A stretch of DNA of 64,000 nucleotides from Macrostomum lignano (lineage: Eukaryota), in contig NIVC01001468.1 of the NCBI GenBank assembly GCA_002269645.1, forward strand, positions 62,001-126,000. Reading direction: 5' to 3'. The translations under genes were made by a program, and so were the position numbers. Of this stretch, positions 24,800-36,800 are shown piece by piece (position 1 is the first letter of the stretch; each line of letters starts with the position of its first letter). The notes below the pieces were generated by a model that was not told the origin of the DNA, did not search any database, and saw only the letters and a list, made by a program, of their open reading frames with translations.

Positions 24800-25087
24800 G
24801 TGGTGGAGGAGGGCGCCAACGTGACGCTGAAGTGTAGCGCCACCTCGGAGCCGCCGGCGCACATCAGCTGGATCCGGGCCAACGGGCTGCCGCTGAACAT
24901 CCCCGGCCAGCCGCAGCGGGTCTACCAGAGCGAAGTGACCCTCATCAACGTCACCAAGTACGATCGGGGAGTCTATCGCTGCTTCGCCAACAACAATGTC
25001 GGCTACGGGGCGAAACACGACGTCCGGATCGATGTGAACTACGCGCCTAGCATCCGGGGCGCGCGATTGCACAATCTGTATCTGCAG
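24800..25087 (+). CDS. Lachesin/IgLON-like protein exon 3 (Ig2)
   Basis: Acceptor tcgcag|; VEEGANVTLKCSAT..ISWIRANG..DRGVYRCFANN.VG; donor CAG|GTGAGC. Confidence 0.9.
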
Positions 25088-25119
25088 GTGAGCACGGGTT
25101 CTGACTACAGCCGCTGGTG

Positions 25120-27385
25120 GCATACCCTCAGTGAGTCACCATCCCCATACCCTCAGCGAGTCACCCATCCCATACCATCAGTGAGTCACCAATCCCATAC
25201 CATCAGTGAGTCACCATCCCCATACCCTCAGCGAGTCACCATTCCATACCCTCAGTGAGTCACCATCCCCATACCCTCAGCGAATCACCATCCCATACCC
25301 TCAGTGAGTCACCCATCCCATACCATCAGTGAGTCACCAATCCCATACCATCAGTGAGTCACCATCCCCATACCCTCAGCGAGTCACCATCCCATACCCT
25401 CAGTGAGTCACCCATCCCATACCATCAGTGAGTCACCCATCCCATACCCTCAGTGAGTCACCCATCCCATACCATCAGTGAGTCACCCATCCCATACCCT
25501 CAGTGAGTCACCCATCCCATACCATCAGTGAGTCACCCATCCCATACCCTCAGTGAGTCACCCATCCCATACCATCAGTGAGTCACCAATCCCATATCCT
25601 CAGTGAGTCACCCATCCCATACCCTCAGTGAGTCACCATTCCATACCCTCAGTGAGTCACCATCCCCATACCCTCAGTGAGTCACCATTCCATACCCTCA
25701 GCGAGTCACCATTCCATACCCTCAGTGAGTCACCCATCCCATACCATCAGTGAGTCACCAATCCCATACCATCAGTGAGTCACCATCCCCATACCCTCAG
25801 CGAGTCACCATTCCATACCCTCAGTGAGTCACCATCCCCATACCCTCAGCGAATCACCATCCCATACCCTCAGTGAGTCACCCATCCCATACCATCAGTG
25901 AGTCACCAATCCCATACCATCAGTGAGTCACCATCCCCATACCCTCAGCGAGTCACCATCCCATACCCTCAGTGAGTCACCCATCCCATACCATCAGTGA
26001 GTCACCCATCCCATACCCTCAGTGAGTCACCCATCCCATACCATCAGTGAGTCACCCATCCCATACCCTCAGTGAGTCACCCATCCCATACCATCAGTGA
26101 GTCACCCATCCCATACCCTCAGTGAGTCACCCATCCCATACCATCAGTGAGTCACCAATCCCATATCCTCAGTGAGTCACCCATCCCATACCCTCAGTGA
26201 GTCACCATTCCATACCCTCAGTGAGTCACCATCCCCATACCCTCAGTGAGTCACCATCCCATACCCTCAGTGAGTCACCCATCCCATACCCTCAACGAGT
26301 CACCCATCCCATACCCTCAGTGAGTCACCATCCCCATACCCTCAGCGAGTCACCATCCCATACCCTCAGTGAGTCACCCATCCCATACCCTCAGCGAGTC
26401 ACCCATCCCCATACCCTCAGTGAGTCACCATCCCAAACCCTCAGTGAGTCACCATCCCAAACCCTCAGTGAGTCACCCATCCCATACCCTCAGCGAGTCA
26501 CCAATCCCATACCCTCAGTGAGTCACCATCCCATACCCTCAGTGAGTCACCATCCCATACCCTCAGTGAGTCACCCATCCCATACCCTCAGTGAGTCACC
26601 CATCCCATACCCTCAGCGAGTCACCAATCCCATACCCTCAGTGAGTCACCCATCCCATACCCTCAGTGAGTCACCAATCCCATACCCTCAGTGAGTCACC
26701 AATCCCATACCCTCAGTGAGTCACCCATCCCATACCCTCAGTGAGTCACCATCCCATACCCTCAGTGAGTCACCATCCCATACCCTCAGTGAGTCACCCA
26801 TCCCATACCCTCAGTGAGTCACCAATCCCATACCCTCAGTGAGTCACCCATCCCATACCCTCAGTGAGTCACCATCCCCATACCCTCAGCGAGTCACCAT
26901 CCCATACCCTCAGTGAGTCACCCATCCCATACCATCAGTGAGTCACCAATCCCATATCCTCAGTGAGTCACCCATCCCATACCCTCAGTGAGTCACCATT
27001 CCATACCCTCAGTGAGTCACCATCCCCATACCCTCAGTGAGTCACCATCCCATACCCTCAGTGAGTCAACATCCCATACCCTCAGTGAGTCACCATCCCA
27101 TACCCACCAGCGAATCACCAATCCCATACCCTCAGCGTGTCACCATCCCATACCCTCAGCGAATCACCAATCCCATACCCTCAGCGAGTCACCATCCCAT
27201 ACCCTCAGCGAATCACCAATCCCATACCCTCAGCGTGTCACCATCCCATACCCTCAGCGAATCACCAATCCCATACCCTCAGCGAGTCACCATCCCATAC
27301 CCTCAGCGAATCACCAATCCCATACCCTCAGTGAGTCACAATCCCATACCCTCAGTGAGTCACGATCCCATACCCCCAGTGAGTC
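25120..27385. repeat. 25-27 bp minisatellite (cccataccctcagtgagtcacc(c)at) filling lachesin-like intron 3
   Basis: About 2.3 kb; the cccatatcct variant recurs at 25591, 26160 and 26951, indicating block duplications. Confidence 0.97.
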
Positions 27386-27479
27386 ACCATCTTTACTTCG
27401 GATCCCATGAGCGTGCCGTCTATTCAACTTGAGATCCTGATGCCTGGTGCTAATCCAAGGTCGCCCCCTCTCACTTCAG

Positions 27480-27935
27480 GCCCCCGAGCGGAACTACGAG
27501 ATCACACTGGAATGCGTCTCAACCGGCTACCCCGACCCGGAGGTGACTTTCTACAGCGGCACGGTGATTCCAAGGCCAGATCAGCCGCTGCCGGATAGCC
27601 AGGTGATCAAGAACCAGTTCCCCTTCTCAGTTGAGCGCCTGCGCAGTCAAGGTGCAGCCGGCACTCACGTGTACGAATTCTTCTACGCTCTGCGCATTAA
27701 GAATGTGCGCGACACTCACCTGGGCAATTACACCTGCGTGGCTAAGAATAAATACGGTGTGGACGCTGCCGTACTGAAACTGGCTAATGAGGAGGTCTGC
27801 CAGGGTCCGTTGTGCTTCGGCACTAGTGTTGAACAGTCGGCTAATTCACCTGGCGCTGGGCACCGCTCTGCTGGTTCCTGTGCTGTTATTAGCGGCTTGG
27901 CAATTGCGGCTTTTATGATGCGACGCCTCCTGTGA
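27480..27935 (+). CDS. Lachesin/IgLON-like protein exon 4 (Ig3 + GPI-signal-like tail)
   Basis: Acceptor cacttcag|; ITLECVSTGYPDP..LRI..LGNYTCVAKNKYG; short hydrophobic C-terminus; spliced CDS is 1248 nt (415 aa). Confidence 0.88.
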   Translation, partial: APERNYEITLECVSTGYPDPEVTFYSGTVIPRPDQPLPDSQVIKNQFPFSVERLRSQGAAGTHVYEFFYALRIKNVRDTHLGNYTCVAKNKYGVDAAVLKLANEEVCQGPLCFGTSVEQSANSPGAGHRSAGSCAVISGLAIAAFMMRRLL

Positions 27936-28011
27936 TTCTGTGGACTGCGTTTGTTTAAAACTATTGAATGAATTGAGCCTTTGGAAGTTAAAGTCATAGA
28001 CATTTCAGCTC

Positions 28012-28550
28012 GTAGGCAGTTTAGGCCATAGATAGTAGTTTAGACTGTAGACAGTTTAGGCCATAGATAGTAGTTTAGACTGTAGACTGTTTAGGCAATA
28101 GATAGTAGCTTAGACTGTAGACTGTTTAGGCAATAGATAGTAGCTTAGACTGTAGACAGTTTAGGCCATAGATAGTAGCTTAGACTGTAGACAGTTTAGG
28201 CCATAGATAGTAGTTTAGACTGTAGACAGTTTAGGCCATAGATAGTAGTTTAGACTGTAGACTGTTTAGGCAATAGATAGTAGCTTAGACTGTAGACTGT
28301 TTAGGCCATAGATAGTAGCTTAGACTGTAGACAGTTTAGGCCATAGATAGTAGTTTAGACTGTAGGCAGTTTAGGCCATAAATAGTAGTTTAGACTGTAG
28401 ACTGTTTAGGCAATAGATAGTAGCTTAGACTGTAGACAGTTTAGGCCATAGATAGTAGCTTAGACTGTAGACAGTTTAGGCAATAGATAGTAGTTTGGAC
28501 CTTAGACAGTTTAGGCCATAGACAGTTCAGACTACAGACAGTTTAGATCA
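28012..28550. repeat. 35-bp minisatellite (ccatagatagtagtttagactgtagacagtttagg)
   Basis: Begins about 75 nt after the lachesin-like stop codon. Confidence 0.95.
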
Positions 28551-29535
28551 TAGAAGACAGGCAGCAGACTTTCATAGGTAACAAAAAGCCAACTAAATGA
28601 TTGCATGGGAATGCCAATTTACTTATCTTAAACTCTTACCTTATCAATTTATTATCTAAAGATAATGTTATTGGCGAATAATGTCCATTTATTTTTGGTA
28701 TAAAAAATTCAGTTTTATACCTATTGTTGCCTGTTTTCAACTCAAATGCTTTGTTATTTACGTTAAGTCTATATTGAGTATACTTTAGTTAAACAAAGAG
28801 CCAATGCTAGGGCGGAATTTCTTTACGAGTAGTCAATAATGAAATGCTAATTCTTATAAAGTATGAACTATTTCCAGCCTGAATGCTGCATGTTGACAAC
28901 ATCCTAGGAGCTAAATTAGTGTGTACATGTCTAACTTGTTATGCAAGTCCGTGCGCAAACATTCCATATGAGTTTGACCATTCCCTATGATGTTTCATAC
29001 TTATAACTAAGCATCCTTGTTGTACATACGCAGTGGCAGAACCCTAAGTAGCTATTGAATTATAGTATAAAGTGATGTTTTGCTAATGTTTTCAACAGTT
29101 TTATATTGAAATATTATTTGCAACAATCATTCCAAATTAATGAAGTTAACAAGCATGATAAATTAAATTGAGTTCAATATTAAATAAATCTGTGCAAGTC
29201 TCGCAACATTTTCATCCGTTTAAAATGCATTAACACAAAATTGAAACACAGCTCAAGCCGGCTCTTGCCTTGTGTCAGTCATTTGTGTCTGTCACCGTGG
29301 CTTGCCAAAATGTCTGCATAGTTTACAGCAACAGGTGACAGAACGAGGGCGACTTGGTGGGTGATCGACTTTCACGTGATTTCCCTAGCGACTCAACACT
29401 CGACAGCTGCGAAGTGGCAATCGGTGAAACCAAAGGGATTTAAAAAAATCAATGGGTTTTAAACCCATAAGATTTGCTCTGGGAAAAAAATCAGATGTTA
29501 CCGACTAGCTTTCCACTGTGCTTGTCAGCAGCACA

Positions 29536-30110
29536 AAAGCAGGAACGCATTGTCAGTATCACACAACCGCAGGAGCGTATTGACAGTATCACACAACCGC
29601 AGGAGCGTATTGACAGTATCACACAACCGCAGGAGCGTATTGACAGTATCACACAACCGCAGGAGCGTATTGACAGTATCACACAACCGCAGGAGCGTAT
29701 TGACAGTATCACACAACCGCAGGAGCGTATTGACAGTATCACACAACCGCAGGAGCGTATTGACAGTATCACACAACCGCAGGAGCGTATTGACAGTATC
29801 ACACAACCGCAGGAGCGTATTGACAGTATCACACAACCGCAGGAGCGTATTGACAGTATCACACAACAGCAGGAACGCATTGACAGTATCACACAACAGC
29901 AGGAGCGCATTGTCAGTATCACACAACAGCAGGAGCGCATTGTCAGTATCACACAACAGCAGGAGCGCATTGTCAGTATCACACAACAGCAGGAGCGCAT
30001 TGTCAGTATCACACAACCGCAGGAGCGCATTGTCAGTATCACACAACAGCAGGATCACATTGACAGTATCACACAACAGCAGGAGCGCATTGTCAGTATC
30101 ATACAGCAGG
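29536..30110. repeat. 30-bp minisatellite (cagtatcacacaaccgcaggagcgtattga)
   Basis: About 19 near-identical units with polarised variants. Confidence 0.97.
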
Positions 30111-31062
30111 AGCACATTGTCAGTGGCGCGAACACGGAAACTCATTGAAGACGCGGAAGCTGCTGGATTGTCAAAGTCGTCATCAAGCCCAGATTTTGAT
30201 TGATATCTGGAAACTTTTACTGGAACTATCGGTCCCATACAACTTTGACAATAATTATTCTGTTAATATTTTCAGTAGCAAGCATCAAAGCAGACTTCAA
30301 GCTTTTTCTGGAGATCTTCATGGTATCTGGAGGTCGTGACTAATACACCCCTGTGCACCAATCAGCACTGCGCCTCAGTGCAACCTTGCCAAGCCTCCAA
30401 ATTTCATCAGCACTTCGACCACATGTATACACAATCTACATTATCTCTGTCTTCGAAGGCGACCGACTTTCACTCAGACGGATCGAGCCTAGACGGTGGG
30501 CAAACTTAAATTTCTGAGTGTCCTCAACTAGTCTCTCAAGCATTCCGTCACCAACCCGATGCTTTTTAGAACTGTCAAGTGTACCTCATATGTAACAGTG
30601 TGAAGCTGTCTTCAACTTTGAGATTGAGAAAGAAGCAAAACCAACAGCAGCAGTGAATCCACTGGTCCATTACGATACGCGAACAGCTTATAAAAAACTG
30701 AGAATTCAGAAAAAGAGATTGTGCCATAGACACGTTAAGCAACAAATATTTTTTCTAGTAATATTTTCATGTAATATTTTTTCTAGTACGCCCAGCATGC
30801 CATCCGTGAAGAGTGCTTCTTATTATAGCACATTTATAAAAATACGAGTAACACAACAATGTAAATAAATTGGCCAGATCACACGCTTGAAGGGGAACAC
30901 AGTGGCTGGAGAAAATATTATGTTTAACAAAAGTGAAAATAGAAAGTGCATAGTACATACTGGAGGTGAATAGTATGAATGGGGACGTGTCAAGCAAGTC
31001 AAAGATTTCACACTAATGGCCTTGCAAATTGTCTATCTAACTAAAAGACATTGGACACGCGA

Positions 31063-32826
31063 TCAAAGCTCGTCAAAGCTGGAGTCGCTGCCGAACAGCT
31101 GGTCGAAAACCTCGCGAAGACCCTCTGTGCCGATCCGGTCGGTCATCTTCTGCACCTCCTCCTCGAAGGTGCTGCACTGGACGCCTAGCCGACCGAGTAT
31201 GCTGTCGAGCTTGTTGAGGTCGGGCCGGCTTCCGTTGAGCACAAACTGCTGCACGTTGAGTCCCAGCTCGGCCGCCTTGTACACCATCTGGCCCCTGGAG
31301 TGCTGCTGACGCAGGAAAGACACGAACACGAGTTTCGCGTCGAACACTTCTTGTCGGTAGCGCTCAAACAGGGGAAAAAAACGAGTTCCCTGGAAGTCGG
31401 TGTTCTCTTCCTCATCCGTGACTACGATAAAAGTGCGAACAATCTCCTTGCGCTCGTAGTACGGATACAGAGCTGCGGCATGAGCAGTGCAGCCTGATGC
31501 CTTTGTGCTGCGAGCCAGACTCAGGACCTCTTCGATGGTTCGAGGATTGGCCTCGGGGCTCCACGACTTGACGTTGAAGAAGATCAGGTCGCACTTGATG
31601 ATGGCCGACAGCAGAGACGAGATGATGGTGGCGGTGCGGATGGCGACATTCATCGAAGACGAGGCGTCGCCAATGACGACGACCGGAGACTCGAGGTTGA
31701 GAGTGGTCTCCTGCAGCTTGTGCTCCGCGACTGGGATGAGCATCGGGTAGAAGCTGGGCACGGGAGACATGCCAGAGAAGAGCAGCAAACGCTCCATCAG
31801 CTTGCCGTAGGTGAGCGTGACCTTTTCTCCGTTGCGCAGTCGCTCCTCGATGGCCGCATCGACCTCGGGACACTTGACGTCTTCGTACCACCAGATGCCG
31901 CGATCCACTCGGTCGTCGTTGCGCACAACTCGAGCTTTCGTTTGGTTGCTCATGTGCTCAAGGAAGCGACGAATTTCAGAAAAGGGCAGCGCTCGCTCGG
32001 CTAGGATCTCGTTCACATTCTCCGGGGTGATGATGGAGCACTGCTTGGCGAGCGTCCCATCCGGAGCTTCGGCACCGAAGCAGAACGGCAGGAACCAGGG
32101 CGCCGCAGGAAAGTCAATCGACGGGCTCAGGTGGCAAATGTCGGCAAGCTTCTTCCACGGATCCTTGGACATGTGCAGGGCAAAGTAGTCGAGCTCGGCG
32201 AGGGAGAAGGTGCGCACCCAGCGCTTCACGTGTCGGCAGAATGCTCCGCTAGCCGAGCCTTGAGCCGGTCGAATGGCCGACAGGTTGTCAATGTTGTACT
32301 TGACCTTGCTGACGAACTTCTTCTTTGCTCCTCCGGGCTGGCTCTGCGCCTTGGCGAGGCGCTTCTCCCACTCTCGAATCTTTCGTCCCGAGTCCAGCAT
32401 GGTAGCCGCCTTGAGCACCTCGGCTACACCGAAGCTGCCTCGGAGCTTGAGCAGTCCGTCAGCCAGCGCGGGGTCGTTGCGAGCCCAGGCGGCAGCGAGA
32501 GCACGGACTCGCGCGTTCTGATTGATCTCGACCCCGGATTTGGTGAGCACGGCGATGGCTGCCGCGTAGCGACTCCGATTGCTGGTCTGCGCCCTCGTGT
32601 GCTGCTCGAAGCTGGTCACGCCGAGGAAAAAGGCGCTGCTGTCGCCCGCAATGTCGAGCGCCTGGTCCGCCTTGTCCGCCGTCCACTCCTCGTCAGCGGC
32701 CGGCTGCTGCGGGCGGCCTCCGCCTCGACTGCCGCCTCGACTGCTGCCTCGACCGCCGCCTCGACCGCCACCTCGACCGCGACCCCTTCCGCCGCGCCCT
32801 CTGAGAGCTCCGCGTCCGCGGACCAT
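31063..32826 (-). CDS. Intronless 587-aa protein: N-terminal RGG box, helical region, C-terminal vWA domain with MIDAS (Ro60/TROVE-like layout, uncharacterised)
   Basis: Uninterrupted GC-rich ORF with the same codon style as the neighbouring genes; VVVIGDASSSM (DxSxS), SGCTA (T) and IVVTDEEEN (D) are spaced as in vWA folds; TATA promoter upstream. Confidence 0.88.
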   Translation of the reverse strand: MVRGRGALRGRGGRGRGRGGGRGGGRGSSRGGSRGGGRPQQPAADEEWTADKADQALDIAGDSSAFFLGVTSFEQHTRAQTSNRSRYAAAIAVLTKSGVEINQNARVRALAAAWARNDPALADGLLKLRGSFGVAEVLKAATMLDSGRKIREWEKRLAKAQSQPGGAKKKFVSKVKYNIDNLSAIRPAQGSASGAFCRHVKRWVRTFSLAELDYFALHMSKDPWKKLADICHLSPSIDFPAAPWFLPFCFGAEAPDGTLAKQCSIITPENVNEILAERALPFSEIRRFLEHMSNQTKARVVRNDDRVDRGIWWYEDVKCPEVDAAIEERLRNGEKVTLTYGKLMERLLLFSGMSPVPSFYPMLIPVAEHKLQETTLNLESPVVVIGDASSSMNVAIRTATIISSLLSAIIKCDLIFFNVKSWSPEANPRTIEEVLSLARSTKASGCTAHAAALYPYYERKEIVRTFIVVTDEEENTDFQGTRFFPLFERYRQEVFDAKLVFVSFLRQQHSRGQMVYKAAELGLNVQQFVLNGSRPDLNKLDSILGRLGVQCSTFEEEVQKMTDRIGTEGLREVFDQLFGSDSSFDEL

Positions 32827-32936
32827 TATAATTTGATTGAACAGCAGATGTCTTTCAGAACAGCTTTGTAGTCAGGGTGTTTTATCGCGATTTTGCTTCT
32901 GTCGTTCGGGTCGTCTGGCCTTCTTCTTTCCCTTAG

Positions 32937-33017
32937 TTTTATATAGCCTTAGCCTCCCGCCTTGCCTCACGTGGCGCAATCAAAAAATGCAACTTTGACG
33001 TGTCAGTCAGTAAACAA
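32937..33017 (-). promoter_or_regulatory. TATA promoter of the 587-aa gene with clustered bZIP/bHLH/Forkhead-type motifs
   Basis: TATATAAAA (minus, 32945-32937) about 110 nt upstream of the ATG; CACGTG 32968-32973, GCGCAAT 32974-32980, TGACGTG 32996-33002, GTAAACAA 33010-33017. Confidence 0.6.
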
Positions 33018-33427
33018 TCGCCCTCTCAGCCTCCTCTTTTGTACTTCATCACTCTGGCATTGCTCTATGCAAAGCAATAGGGGCTGGCGAGAATGCAATG
33101 ACGAAATGGAGTGAAATTCTGTGAGGCGTGTACTCGTGTGGGGTAGGAAGCGCTTCTTCTCTCGCTGAGTGTACAGTACAGTTGTGCGCGCACTAAATGT
33201 ACACTGCATGCCAGTCAGTTACCAAGGGCAACCCGAGTACGGCTCTGCAAGGAAGGCAATCCTTCTTCCCTTAGCCAAGAATAGAAATTTGGCCTGTGAC
33301 TTCACTTTAACGATTGCATTTTGATTCGTGGGACAAATTTCTCTTCTGGGGAAATCGTTGTCACGCACTGGGACCGCTGATTATTTATCCATTGTTAAAG
33401 ATATTTGCAGTAGTCAAAGTCGAAATA

Positions 33428-33940
33428 TGTATTGTTCCTCTTTGTCTATGGTTGGGATAGTGCAATCTGTATTAGGTATTGTTCCCCTTTGCCTATGGTT
33501 GGGATAGTGCAATCTGTATTAGGTATTGTTCCCCTTTGCCTATGGTTGGGATAGTGCAATCTGTATTAGGTATTGTTCCCCTTTGCCTATGGTTGGGATA
33601 GTGCAATCTGTATTAGGTATTGTTCCCCTTTGCCTATGGTTGGGATAGTGCAATCTGTATTAGGTATTGTTCCCCTTTGCCTATGGTTGGGATAGTGCAA
33701 TCTGTATTAGGTATTGTTCCCCTTTGCCTATGGTTGGGATAGTGCAATCTGTATTAGGTATTGTTCCCTTTGCCTATGGTTGGGATAGTGCAATCTGTAT
33801 TAGGTATTGTTTCCCTTTGTCTATGGTTGGGATATTGCAATCTGTATTAGGTATTGTTCCCCCTTGTCTATGGTTGGGATAGTGCAATCTGTATTAGGTA
33901 TTGTTCCCCTTTGTCTATGGTTGGGATAGTGCAATCTGTA
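33428..33940. repeat. 47-bp minisatellite (ctatggttgggatagtgcaatctgtattaggtattgttcccctttgc)
   Basis: About 11 units. Confidence 0.97.
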
Positions 33941-34374
33941 TTCTGCCTAGACCCTCCAATGCTGCTCGGGTGACATGTCTTGGAAAAAAACTTCACCTTT
34001 AATTTCAGGTTTTATAAGAATTTCTAAGAACTGCTTTTTAATTTATCTGATACGCTCGTACTTTTACTTGATAAACCCTACTGCACTACTAACAGTAAGC
34101 AAAATCTGCTAGACAGTAAAATTGATTGGTGTTGTTATAAAAATTCGATCGGAGCCCCCAACGCGTTAGGTCCATAAAAGTCACTGTTGTAATGATATTT
34201 CCAGCTTACAGGTTGTAAGTCAATAAAGCGCTTTATTTTGAGTCATCCCTTATCAACATCCAAATCTTGCGGAAGCACGAGAATTGCCAGTTCTGGATTT
34301 TTGTTTCGCCACGCCATTTGCCCGCGGTATTCTTGCTGCTTGAATATCTACTAAAGATAGTTGTCAGCTAGCTT

Positions 34375-35148
34375 ATAGTCTGTAGCTGATATCCCTTCTG
34401 TACCTGGCATACCCTCTGTACCTGTTATACCCTCTGTAGCTGGCATCCCCTCTGTATCTGGAATCCTCTCTGTATCTGGCATCCCCTCTGTAGCTGGCAT
34501 CCTCTCTGTAGCTGGCATCCTCTCTGTAGCTGGCATCCCCTCTGTATCTGGAATCCTCTCTGTATCTGGCATCCCCTCTGTAGCTGGCATCCTCTCTGTA
34601 TCTGGCATCCCCTCTGTAGCTGGCATCCTCTCTGTAGCTGGCATCCCCTCTGTAGCTGGCATCCTCTCTGTAGCTGGCATCCCCTCTGTAGCTGGCATCC
34701 TCAATGTAGCTGGCATCCTCAATGTAGCTGGCATCCTCAATGTAGCTGGCATCCTCTCTGTAGTTGGCATCCTCAATGTAGCTGGCATCCTCAATGTAGC
34801 TGGCATCCTCTCTGTAGCTGGCATCCACTCTGTAGCTGGCATCCACTCTGTAGCTGGCATCCACTCTGTAGCTGGCATCCACTCTGTAGCTGGCATCCAC
34901 TCTGTAGCTGGCATCTCCTCTGTAGCTGGCACCCCTCTGTAGCTGGCATCCACTCTGTAGCTGGCATCTCCTCTGTAGCTGGCACCCCTCTGTAGCTGGC
35001 ATCCACTCTGTAGCCGGCATCCTCAATGTAGCTGGCATCCTCAATGTAGCTGGCATCCCCTCTGTAGCTGGCATCCACTCTGTAGCTGGCATCCCCTCTG
35101 TAGCTGGCATCCACTCTGTAGCTGGCATCCCCTCTGTAGCTGGCATCC
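34375..35148. repeat. 18-bp minisatellite (ctctgtagctggcatccc)
   Basis: About 43 units; the frame shifts within the array. Confidence 0.95.
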
Positions 35149-36459
35149 CTTTGATGATATTGAAAGCGGGCAAAAAACTTCCACGATCAAAGCATGCTGG
35201 TCGCGGGTGCAAGTGCACTCGGATTCATGAAGTTATGTTTGAATGGCGAATCTGAGAAGCCAACAAGGATTCAACTTTCTGACTTATTTTCAAATGTTTC
35301 CTCCAATCAGCAGTTCGAAAAAAATAAATATTTTTAGCTTGTTGAAGCAACGGAAATCGATGGCTTCCGGTCTACAATCGAGCGGACGCATTGCGAATGG
35401 AAATAAAGCAGGTTTATTTCGGTCCTGGCATTCTGTGAAACGAGTGGCACAAACCGGAAATTGGTAATTATCAATGTCCTAGTTCAATCCGAGTTGTGTT
35501 GAGGATAATGTATATCTAGCTGTCACGTCCTGCCCAGCAATACGTGTACCTGCTGCATGATCTGCTCCGATTATTAAAAGCAATTTTTATGGTTGATTTC
35601 CAATCGGCAGTTATGTTAACGACTTTTACCCGAAATAATTAATACTACTGCTATCGTTAACAAGTAGCGACTAAAGTATTTATTTGTTTTCTTATTTGTC
35701 TGACAGCAACCTAACTAACAGCAAAAGATTGACGAGTGGCTTGAAACCAGATTGGGCCACCTAGAAGCTTGGCACCCTGCCAATGGGACCTACCAAGCAG
35801 AGCAGGGGGTCAGCGGCATGAGGGCCAACCGCCAAGGCACTGCAGAGAGTGCACAATGCCTGACGATTAGAAAGTCAGGGCTGCTGTTCACCCTGTGTGA
35901 TCGTGCGTATGAGTGCTGTGCCTGCAGTTTTGGCGCTCTTGTATATTTAGGAGTCAGCGTTGGGTGTGGGATGGTATTGGAGCAGCCCCTCCTGCAATTA
36001 CTGTAATTGCTATCATTACTAAGTTTTGTAACTGATTAATGATTGTCAACACAAGAGGTTACAAAAATGGTCAGAAATGTTCTCCAGCCGCGAGAGGCCG
36101 GGAGTAGTGGAAAAATGATTAAAAACTATTAAAATTTCGGGGGTTGCTGGGAAGAGTAAAATCGCTTTGCACAACCAGAAAGCGGAAGTGCGGACCAGTT
36201 TCAGGTTTGGAATTTATCAGTGCAAGTGGCGTTTATCGCTCGGGAAATTCCGTTCTTTATTGGCTTTGCTAAGATTATAAAAAATGCAGCCGTGTTCTGT
36301 GACCAGGGAATATCGCCCCTCTTCACCGCTTAGATTCAGGGCTCAGAAAAATAACTGTTTTTTTCTGATAGCTCAAAGCAACAAGAGAAGCTACGACCTA
36401 TTTAGAAAGTATTCTTAGAGAAATCTTGGATCTTGAATTCTGAAAAAGTATTCACTCAA

Positions 36460-36800
36460 AGTTCTTAAAATGTACATAATCTCCACTCAGAATTCCTACA
36501 GATGTGCACAGTCTTCATTAAAAAATTTTTAGAAATGTAAATTACTCGGAATTCTTAGAAATGCACAATGCTCGGAATTCTAAGAAATGTACATAATCTT
36601 CACTCCAACTTCTTAAAAATGTACATAATCTTCACTCCAACTTCTTAAAAATGTACATGATCTTCACTCCAACTTCTTAAAAATGTACATAATCTTCACT
36701 CTAAATTCTTGAAAATGTACATGATCTTCACTCTAAATTCTTAGTTTAAATTACTCAGAGTTCTTAGAGAAATTACTTAATCTTCACTATGCTTTCTCAG
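36460..36800. repeat. AT-rich ~32-bp repeat (cactccaacttcttaaaaatgtacataatctt)
   Basis: Homogeneous core with degenerate edges. Confidence 0.8.

Noticed and set aside
29474-30238. ORFs with perfect 10-aa repeats (QERIDSITQP etc.)
   Set aside because: A 30-bp minisatellite is open in four frames; no splice or promoter context and no non-repeat domain.
30120-30870. Short ORFs between the 30-bp array and the Ro60-like gene
   Set aside because: No recognisable domain or consistent exon chain in any frame.
30250-34400. Y RNA or vault RNA partner gene next to the Ro60-like ORF
   Set aside because: No stem with a bulged C, oligo-U terminator and Pol III promoter could be recognised by eye; a covariance search would be needed.
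34351-35218. MPATEG-repeat ORFs
   Set aside because: An 18-bp minisatellite with internal frameshifts; no coherent start or end.
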